IMG/VR virus record: IMGVR_UViG_2687453529_000003
Strand: one strand, 5' to 3'
Source: a virus
Lineage: Duplodnaviria > Heunggongvirae > Uroviricota > Caudoviricetes
Length of the DNA stretch: 47,629 nucleotides
Part shown: positions 40,545 to 47,629 of the stretch, piece by piece
Position numbering within the stretch: position 1 is the first letter of the stretch
Layout: every line of letters begins with the position of its first letter
The notes under the pieces: model-generated
Database searches by the model: none
Seen by the model: the letters and a program-made list of their open reading frames with translations, nothing else
What the model was told of the DNA's origin: nothing
Translations under genes and position numbers: made by a program

Positions 40545-40970
40545 TTAGTGCATCACCACAGCATTCCCTGCCGGGCCGCCGCGATTCATCTGGTCATACA
40601 AAACAACCGCTGACGCAACAAAATCGTCGACATCCTTCACCAGCCGATCCCGCCGTTCGACAATCTCCCGGTAATACTCAGAGCTGTGACTGCGCATACG
40701 GGCCACCAGCAGAGGCGGCATTGCCTTTTCGATCGCCGGTAACAGAGCCTGAATTTTTTCAACAGCATCAGGGGTGTCTTTATCCAGCCAACGGAAAATT
40801 TTCTGTGTATTACGGGCCAGGGCTTCCGGATGGCTGTCGTCGTACAGTTCAGGGAACGTCATCCCCAGTTCGAAATAAGTCCGGGCTATTTCAGCTGCAG
40901 GAACTTTCTCACCATCAGGGTATGCCCAAGCATTCATCGCCATGCGGATGTGCTCATGTTTGATTTTCAT
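40545..40970 (-). CDS. hypothetical 141-aa protein in the CII position (YdaT-like by recollection)
   Basis: follows the Cro-like gene in the rightward early operon. Confidence 0.35.
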   Translation of the reverse strand: MKIKHEHIRMAMNAWAYPDGEKVPAAEIARTYFELGMTFPELYDDSHPEALARNTQKIFRWLDKDTPDAVEKIQALLPAIEKAMPPLLVARMRSHSSEYYREIVERRDRLVKDVDDFVASAVVLYDQMNRGGPAGNAVVMH

Positions 40971-41277
40971 GAATCATTTGCCTCTTGATGCTTCGGGTAT
41001 GATCGTTTTCGTCATTTGGTTGCTTCATCGACATATTCTGCGAATAACATGACGAGCGTCGTAAGTATGTCCAATCAACATCAGGACGAAGTTCTTCACA
41101 CAGGACACCACCTTTTGTTGCTCGTTCAATCGCAGGACATCTCTCAGCAGGCAACTGACGTACACCTTTGATCCATTGATTTACGCTTGGAGGAGATACA
41201 CCTAAAAGCCTAGCCATTGCTGATTGCCCACCGACAACAGCACAAGCTCGTTTGAATGAATAGTTATCTTTTTTCAT
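40954..41277 (-). CDS. Cro-like helix-turn-helix regulator (YdaS-like)
   Basis: divergent from the repressor gene; helix-turn-helix-like segment QSAMARLLGVSPPSVNQWIKG; start placed at the internal ATG (MKKDNY...). Confidence 0.55.
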   Translation of the reverse strand: MKKDNYSFKRACAVVGGQSAMARLLGVSPPSVNQWIKGVRQLPAERCPAIERATKGGVLCEELRPDVDWTYLRRSSCYSQNMSMKQPNDENDHTRSIKRQMIHENQT

Positions 41278-41304
41278 CGAATGAACTCCAAAAAACACGC
41301 AACA

Positions 41305-41376
41305 ATATTAGGCTTAGCCTAATGCAATTGTCAATAGGCTATGCCTAATACATCGAGAGTAGGGATTGCCTAACGC
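41305..41376. promoter_or_regulatory. OR-like operator cluster with pR-like promoter on the minus strand
   Basis: palindromic operators ATTAGGCTtAGCCTAAT and aTAGGCtatGCCTAat plus a third half-site; minus-strand TTGACA with 17-18-nt spacer to TAATAT overlapping them. Confidence 0.6.
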
Positions 41377-41401
41377 GATGCGCATAGGAGACTATTAAGC
41401 A

Positions 41402-41878
41402 ATGCTTAGTGGTAAAGACTTAGGCCGAGCGATTGAGCAGGCCATTAACAAAAAAATTGCATCAGGAGCCGTCAAATCAAAGGCGGAAATCGCACGTCAT
41501 TTCAAAGTCCAACCACCATCAATCCATGACTGGATTAAGAAAGGTTCGATAAGTAAAGACAAACTTCCAGAACTATGGCGTTTCTTTTCTGATGTGGTTG
41601 GTCCAGAGCATTGGGGGCTTAACGAATACCCCATACCAACCCCATCCACTTCAGATACAAAAAGTGAACTTTTAGACATAAACAGCCTTTATCAAGCCGC
41701 CTCTGATGAAAAAAGAGCAATTGTGGCTTTCCTCTTATCTGGAAATGCTACGGAGCCTAGTTGGGTTGATCATGACGTTCGCGCCTACATTGCCGCAATG
41801 GAAATGAAGGTAGCTAACTATCTGAAAAATCAAGAATCAAAACGGAAAAGCCAGAACATCACCAAGACAGGAACTTAA
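41402..41878 (+). CDS. CI-like prophage repressor (158 aa, N-terminal helix-turn-helix; RacR-like by recollection)
   Basis: divergent from the Cro-like gene across the operator region. Confidence 0.6.
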   Translation: MLSGKDLGRAIEQAINKKIASGAVKSKAEIARHFKVQPPSIHDWIKKGSISKDKLPELWRFFSDVVGPEHWGLNEYPIPTPSTSDTKSELLDINSLYQAASDEKRAIVAFLLSGNATEPSWVDHDVRAYIAAMEMKVANYLKNQESKRKSQNITKTGT

Positions 41879-41949
41879 ACTTATATGGTCCGACGGGAAA
41901 TTCCTAGTTCCCGTTAGTTAACTCCTACTACCTCTCCCACAAACCATCA

Positions 41950-42013
41950 CCTATTAGGTCGCGCCCAAATTATTAGGCATAGCCTATTGACAAGTAATTA
42001 GGCATTTCCTATA
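41950..42013 (+). promoter_or_regulatory. OL-like operator cluster with strong pL-like promoter
   Basis: repeated TTAGGC...GCCTA operator half-sites; TTGACA, 17-nt spacer, TATAGT on the plus strand. Confidence 0.6.
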
Positions 42014-42103
42014 GTTTTCCCATACCAACCCATCCCGTCCCACACAATACAGGGCAATACCTCGAGTTACCAGGCAGTGGTCAGGGGTTAAGTAGCCAGC
42101 CCG

Positions 42104-42349
42104 ATGCGTAAGAACATGACGGCAGGGTTCAACTTTAATAACTATGCAGCAGGTTTTTGTTCCGCTACCCCGGCGTTAAGGGGAAATGAGGTCAGCATGG
42201 ATACTATCGATCTTGGCAACAGCGAATCTCTGGTATGTGGCGTGTTCCCCAACCAGGACGGTACGTTTACCGCGATGACGTATACCAGAAGCAAAACGTT
42301 TAAAACTGAAGCTGGCGCGCGTCGCTGGTTAACCAGAAACACTGACTGA
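42104..42349 (+). CDS. hypothetical early-left protein (81-aa ORF; may start at an internal Met)
   Basis: first ORF downstream of the pL-like promoter. Confidence 0.35.
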   Translation: MRKNMTAGFNFNNYAAGFCSATPALRGNEVSMDTIDLGNSESLVCGVFPNQDGTFTAMTYTRSKTFKTEAGARRWLTRNTD

Positions 42350-42735
42350 TGAGGTTGACGATGGAATTTAAAGATTTACCAGTACCATTCCAGGAAATGG
42401 CATCGAATGTGGTTCGCTCTCAACTGGCGACTCTTGACCTGAGTACCGTAGAAAAAGAAACCATCGACAATATATCCGGTAACGTACGCCGAGCCTTTAT
42501 CGGGCTGTACGAAGAGAAGCAGCTCTCTGATAACCAGGATTTACATGAAAAATACTTTCTGGAATTAATGGACATCATTAATAAAGGATTTGGCTTGTTA
42601 ATGAAAAAGAAAGGGATTCGAATAGCTCCCCTTGAAAATCATTTTACAGCAAGCAGTATTAATTCCTGTGATTTAAAGCATCACACATCCGATGGGAAAG
42701 TTGAATCAAACAACAAAATATCAATTAATCATTAA
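42349..42735 (+). CDS. hypothetical early-left protein (128 aa)
   Basis: ORF coupled to the preceding one. Confidence 0.35.
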   Translation: MRLTMEFKDLPVPFQEMASNVVRSQLATLDLSTVEKETIDNISGNVRRAFIGLYEEKQLSDNQDLHEKYFLELMDIINKGFGLLMKKKGIRIAPLENHFTASSINSCDLKHHTSDGKVESNNKISINH

Positions 42736-43267
42736 TTTATTCACAGGTGAGGTGGAGTGCGTGCGCCGGACACGGGTGAGCATCCGGCACTGACAGTTTA
42801 CTGAAAGGATATTTCCCTGAAAAGTCAGACCATAACGCGAAAGCGCACAGCGAGGTAGCTGGTTCATAGATAGCCTGTCGTTAAATTTTCGTCGACCGTG
42901 CGCTTCCGGTTGTGGCAATCCGCGAAATGGCGCGGCGGTAAGTATGGCGGGGTTATTCCTTCCCCCATTGAGGACACCGGGTTGTCAGGTTGACCATACG
43001 CTTAAGTGACAACCCCGCTGCAACGCCCTCTGTTATCAATTTTCTGGTGACGTTTGGCGGTATCAGTTTTACTCCGTGACTGCTCTGCCGCCCTTTTTAA
43101 AGTGAATTTTGTGATGTGGTGAATGCGGCTGAGCGCACGCGGAACAGTTAAAACCAAAAACAGTGTTATGGGTGGATTCTCTGTATCCGGCGTTAATTGT
43201 TAACTGGTTAACGTCACCTGGAGGCACCAGGCACCGCATCACAAAATTCATTGTTGAGGACGCGATA

Positions 43268-43456
43268 ATGGAAACGTTATTACCAAACGTTAATACGTCT
43301 GAAGGTTGTTTTGAAATTGGTGTCACTATCAGTAACCCTGTATTTACTGAAGATGCCATTAACAAGAGAAAACACGAACGGGAGCTATTAAATAAAATAT
43401 GCATTCTTTCAATGCTGGCCCGTTTACGTCCGATACAAAAAGGATGCTGGCAATGA
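43268..43456 (+). CDS. hypothetical 62-aa protein
   Basis: internal-ATG form (METLLPN...) of ORF 43163-43456. Confidence 0.3.
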   Translation: METLLPNVNTSEGCFEIGVTISNPVFTEDAINKRKHERELLNKICILSMLARLRPIQKGCWQ

Positions 43457-43644
43457 ATACAGCATTTGCACTTGTTCTGACAGTTTTTCTTGTTTCCGGA
43501 GAGCCAGTTGATATTGCAGTCAGTGTTCACAGGACAATGCAGGAGTGTGTGACTGCAGCAACCGAACAGAAAATTCCCGGTAACTGTTACCCGGTCGATA
43601 AAGTTATTCACCAGGATAATAACGAAATCCCGGCAGGTCTTTAA
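43453..43644 (+). CDS. small putative secreted or membrane protein (about 63 aa, N-terminal hydrophobic signal-like segment, two Cys)
   Basis: AAGGA ribosome-binding site eight nt before the ATG (MNTAFALVLTVFLVSG...). Confidence 0.35.
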   Translation: MNTAFALVLTVFLVSGEPVDIAVSVHRTMQECVTAATEQKIPGNCYPVDKVIHQDNNEIPAGL

Positions 43645-43736
43645 AACAGTTCCGTAATAAATATCCGGTTTCATTCTTATATGCCAGCAATGGCAGGGAT
43701 TTGTTCACCCTTAAATCTGTAATGAGGTAAAACAAA

Positions 43737-46208
43737 ATGAGTAAAGTCTTTATTTGCGCCGCCATTCCGGACGAACAGGCAATAAAGGAAGAAGGTGCCG
43801 TCGCTGTAGCCACTGCCATTGAAGCCGGTGATGAACGTCGCGCCCGCGCAAAATTTCACTGGCAATTCCTGGAGCATTATCCGGCTGCTCAGGACTGCGC
43901 TTATAAATTTCTTGTCTGCGAGGATAAACCCGGTATACCCCGCCCTGCCCTCGATTCCTGGGATGCTGAATATATGCAGGAAAACCGCTGGGATGAGGAG
44001 TCTGCTTCCTTTGTCCCGGTTGAGACTGAATCCGATCCGATGAACGTCACTTTTGACAAGCTGGCCCCTGAAGTACAGAACGCTGTCATGGTTAAGTTCG
44101 ACACATGTGAAAACATCACCGTTGATATGGTTATTAGCGCACAGGAATTGTTGCAGGAAGACATGGCAACATTCGACGGACATATCGTTGAAGCGTTGAT
44201 GAAAATGCCAGAAGTTAACGCCATGTATCCGGAGCTTAAGTTGCACGCCATTGGGTGGGTTAAGCATAAATGTATTCCTGGTGCTAAATGGCCCGAAATT
44301 CAGGCAGAGATGCGCATCTGGAAAAAACGTCGCGAAGGTGAACGCAAGGAAACCGGAAAATACACGTCTGTTGTTGATCTCGCCCGCGCCAGAGCCAATC
44401 AACAGTACACTGAAAATTCAACAGAAAAAATCAGCCCGGTCATTGCTGCCATTCATCGCGAATACAAGCAGACATGGAAAACACTGGATGACGAACTGGC
44501 CTACGCTCTCTGGCCTGGTGATGTGGATGCCGGAAACATTGACGGCAGCATCCATCGCTGGGCAAAAAATGAAGTTATCGACAACGACCGCGAAGACTGG
44601 AAGCGTATCTCGGCATCAATGCGCAAACAGCCTGATGCCCTTCGCTACGACCGCCAGACTATTTTTGGCCTTGTCCGTGAACGTCCGATCGACATTCACA
44701 AAGACCCTGTGGCACTGAACAAATACATTACTGAATACCTGACTACAAAGGGCGTGTTTGAAGATGAAGGAAGAAATCAGAGCGCAACTGATACTCTCTC
44801 GTCGCCAGTACCAGAAACTGATGCAGTGGAAACGGCAATTCCGGGCAACGAAAAAACCGAATGCAAAGTGGAAGTCGAACCATCTGTAGAGCGTGAGGGG
44901 CCGTTCTACTTCCTCTTCACCGACAAGGATGGCGAAAAATACGGTCGCGCAAACAAACTTTCTGGTCTGGAAAAAGCACTAGCCTTGGGAGCTACGGAAA
45001 TCACAAAAGAGGAATACTTCGCACGTAAAAACGGCACGTACTCAGGTTCACAACAAAATACTGGTGCATCTGACACGACCGCACAACCAGAGCCGGTAAA
45101 AGTTACCGCTGACGAAGTAAACAAAATTATGCAGGCAGCCAATATCAGCCAGCCTGACGCCGATAAGTTGCTTGCTGCCTCTCGCGGAGAATTTGTTGCA
45201 GGGATTAGCGACCCGAATGATCCGAAATGGGTAAAGGGGATTGAAACCCGCGATTCTGTAAACCAGAACCAGCAAGAATCGGAACAGAACGACCAGAAAG
45301 CGGAACAAAACAGCCCAAATACGCAACAAAACGAGCCAGAAACGAAACAACCTGAGCCAGTAGCGCAACAGGAACCGGAAAAAGTCTGCACCGCCTGCGG
45401 TCAAAGCGGTGGCGGCAACTGCCCTGATTGTGGCGCGGTGATGGGTGACGCAACATACCAGGAAACATTCGATGAAGAGAATCAGGTTGAAGTTCAGGAA
45501 AATGATCCGAAGGAAATGGAAGGCGCTGAACATCCACACAAGGAGAATGCTGGTAGCGCTCAGGATCACGCCAGCGATAGTGAAACTGGCGAGACGGCAG
45601 ATCCCTTAATTACGATGAACGGTCATCACGTTATCACATCCACCAGCAGGACGTGTGACCATCTAATGATCGACCTTGAAACCATGGGAAAAAATCCTGA
45701 TGCCCCGATTATCTCAATAGGTGCAATATTTTTCGATCCGCAAACCGGAGATATGGGACCGGAATTTAGTAAGACTATCGATCTGGAAACTGCTGGCGGA
45801 GTCATTGATCGTGACGTCATTAAAAGGTGGCTGAAGCAATCACGTGAAGCGCAGTCTGCCATTATGACCGATGAAATCCCGTTAGATGATGCACTGTTAC
45901 AATTGCGGGAATTTATCGACGAAAACTCCGGTGAATTTTTTGTTCAGGTCTGGGGAAATGGAGCCAACTTCGACAACACGATTTTGCGCCGTTCATACGA
46001 ACGGCAGGGGATCCCCTGCCCGTGGCGTTACTACAACGATCGCGATGTACGCACAATCGTTGAGCTGGGGAAAGCCATAGACTTCGATGCCAGAACGGCT
46101 ATTCCATTCGAAGGTGAGCGCCATAATGCACTTGATGACGCCCGTTACCAGGCAAAATACGTTTCAGTTATCTGGCAAAAACTGATCCCGAATCAGGCTG
46201 ATTTTTAA
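43737..46208 (+). CDS. exodeoxyribonuclease VIII-like large protein with C-terminal DnaQ-like (DEDDh) 3'-5' exonuclease domain
   Basis: 823-aa ORF; C-terminal DLETMG ... GNGANFDNT ... HNALDDARY motifs; adjacent to xis-int as in many E. coli lambdoid prophages. Confidence 0.6.
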   Translation: MSKVFICAAIPDEQAIKEEGAVAVATAIEAGDERRARAKFHWQFLEHYPAAQDCAYKFLVCEDKPGIPRPALDSWDAEYMQENRWDEESASFVPVETESDPMNVTFDKLAPEVQNAVMVKFDTCENITVDMVISAQELLQEDMATFDGHIVEALMKMPEVNAMYPELKLHAIGWVKHKCIPGAKWPEIQAEMRIWKKRREGERKETGKYTSVVDLARARANQQYTENSTEKISPVIAAIHREYKQTWKTLDDELAYALWPGDVDAGNIDGSIHRWAKNEVIDNDREDWKRISASMRKQPDALRYDRQTIFGLVRERPIDIHKDPVALNKYITEYLTTKGVFEDEGRNQSATDTLSSPVPETDAVETAIPGNEKTECKVEVEPSVEREGPFYFLFTDKDGEKYGRANKLSGLEKALALGATEITKEEYFARKNGTYSGSQQNTGASDTTAQPEPVKVTADEVNKIMQAANISQPDADKLLAASRGEFVAGISDPNDPKWVKGIETRDSVNQNQQESEQNDQKAEQNSPNTQQNEPETKQPEPVAQQEPEKVCTACGQSGGGNCPDCGAVMGDATYQETFDEENQVEVQENDPKEMEGAEHPHKENAGSAQDHASDSETGETADPLITMNGHHVITSTSRTCDHLMIDLETMGKNPDAPIISIGAIFFDPQTGDMGPEFSKTIDLETAGGVIDRDVIKRWLKQSREAQSAIMTDEIPLDDALLQLREFIDENSGEFFVQVWGNGANFDNTILRRSYERQGIPCPWRYYNDRDVRTIVELGKAIDFDARTAIPFEGERHNALDDARYQAKYVSVIWQKLIPNQADF

Positions 46209-46272
46209 TGTTCAACCCCGGTCGTTGCCCACCAGCTATAGTGGCGGCGACCATGATTAGCGAACGACGCTC

Positions 46273-46521
46273 ATGGCAAGACTTATTCTGCTCACTGAGT
46301 GGGCAAAAGAGGAATTCAGTGAACCGGTCCCAACTCCGAGTACGTTAAGTAAATACGCTAAAGCCGGAATGATATTTCCTCTCCCCAAAAAAGTTGGAAG
46401 ACGCTGGCGAGTGGATCCGCAAGCTCGCTTTGTCGGAATGGTAAACAAGCCGGAGGTGATCGCCACAGATCACCCTGCTTTGAAGAGGATACTGGAAGAT
46501 GGCGCGCCCGCGAAAATATAA
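46273..46521 (+). CDS. xis: excisionase-like protein
   Basis: 82-aa ORF immediately upstream of and overlapping the integrase gene. Confidence 0.6.
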   Translation: MARLILLTEWAKEEFSEPVPTPSTLSKYAKAGMIFPLPKKVGRRWRVDPQARFVGMVNKPEVIATDHPALKRILEDGAPAKI

Positions 46522-47629
46522 AACCAATGTTCCGGGATTATCTCCGTATTTTGACAAAAGAAATAACAAAGTTTACTGGCGTTACAGGCATCCCATAACA
46601 GGCAAAAATCACGGTCTCGGCAGTATTGACCAGAAACTGGCAGAAACTATTGCAGCAGAAGCGAACAGCCGTATTGCCCGGCAGCAAATGGAACAAATGC
46701 TCAGTCTGCAGGAGAAAATTATTAGTGATACCGGCGGTTCATCAACCGTTACCATTTTTCTGAATAATTACAGAAAAATTCAACAGGAAAGATATGAAAA
46801 CGGCGAGATCAAACTCAACACGCTGAAACAGAAAGCGGCCCCTCTCAGGGTATTTGATGAACGTTTTGGCACCAGACCGTTAGATGCCATAACCGTAAAA
46901 GATGTGGTATCAGTACTGGAAGAGTACAAGGCCAGAGGACATAACAGAATGGGACAAATTTTCAGGAAGGTACTGATCGATGTTTTCCGGGAAGCTCAGC
47001 AAACGGGCGATGTCCCGCCAGGCTTTAACCCTGCAGAATCGGCAAAAAAACCGCAGGTGCGGATATCAAGACAGCGACTGACTTTTGATGAGTGGATGAT
47101 GATTTATAACGCAGCGGAAAAGGATGGTTACTTTTTACAGCGCGGTATGCTGCTGGCACTGATGACAGGCCAGCGCCTTTCAGATATTTGCAAAATGCAA
47201 TTTTCGGATATCCGGGATGGTTATCTTCATGTCGAACAGCAAAAAACAGGAACCCGGATTGCCATCCCTCTGGCTCTGCGTTGCGATAAATTAAATCTCA
47301 CCCTGGATGATGTGGTGTCATCCTGCCGCGATTGCGTTCTTAGTCCGTGGCTATTGCACCACCATCACGCGAAAGGGACAGCTAAGCGCGGCGGGATGGT
47401 TAAGCCAGCAACATTAACCGTTGCATTTAAAAAAGCCCGGGATTCTGTGGATTACAACTGGCGTGCTAATGGCACCCCACCCTCTTTCCATGAGCAGAGA
47501 TCTTTATCAGAGCGATTGTTCAGAGAGCAGGGGGTTGATACCAAAATTTTGCTGGGCCATTCGAATCAAAAAATGACCGATATTTACAACGACGCACGCG
47601 GTAAGGAATGGAAAAAACTGGTCATTTGA
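46499..47629 (+). CDS. int: tyrosine-type site-specific integrase
   Basis: 376-aa ORF with C-terminal catalytic region (HSNQKMTDIYNDARG); complete with stop at window end. Confidence 0.85.
   Translation: MARPRKYKTNVPGLSPYFDKRNNKVYWRYRHPITGKNHGLGSIDQKLAETIAAEANSRIARQQMEQMLSLQEKIISDTGGSSTVTIFLNNYRKIQQERYENGEIKLNTLKQKAAPLRVFDERFGTRPLDAITVKDVVSVLEEYKARGHNRMGQIFRKVLIDVFREAQQTGDVPPGFNPAESAKKPQVRISRQRLTFDEWMMIYNAAEKDGYFLQRGMLLALMTGQRLSDICKMQFSDIRDGYLHVEQQKTGTRIAIPLALRCDKLNLTLDDVVSSCRDCVLSPWLLHHHHAKGTAKRGGMVKPATLTVAFKKARDSVDYNWRANGTPPSFHEQRSLSERLFREQGVDTKILLGHSNQKMTDIYNDARGKEWKKLVI

Overview
The window is almost entirely one lambda-like (lambdoid) prophage of an enterobacterial host, probably Escherichia coli, lying inverted relative to lambda map order. 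Reading right to left: integrase and excisionase (46.3-47.6 kb), a large exonuclease VIII-like gene, an early-left operon of small ORFs, an immunity switch with a CI-like repressor flanked by operator clusters and a divergent Cro-like/CII-like pair (40.5-42.0 kb), a replication initiator with internal iterons, a nin-type region carrying an IS2 insertion and a hok-type toxin, DUF968 and RusA genes, a Q-like antiterminator, then the late operon (DNA methyltransferase, two tRNAs, nanS-p-like esterase, phage-21-type lysis cassette), cosN at 23987-23998, and the complete lambda head and tail gene set (Nu1 through J, lom, stf, tfa) on the minus strand from 23.8 kb to 55 bp. No stx, no CRISPR and no rRNA were found. 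The most interesting unexplained feature is an AT-rich, convergently overlapping two-gene cargo module between the lysis terminator and cos (24222-25851), one member with a PD-(D/E)xK nuclease-like motif, proposed as a candidate anti-phage or exclusion system. Other notable points are an approximately 340-bp insert between tail genes I and J with a near-consensus antisense promoter and terminator (candidate small RNA), unknown cargo genes in the stx slot, and a frameshift in the head protease gene C inside a G8 run. All identifications rest on reading the sequence and on recalled knowledge of lambda and related prophages; no database search was run, and coordinates of non-CDS features are approximate to a few bases.
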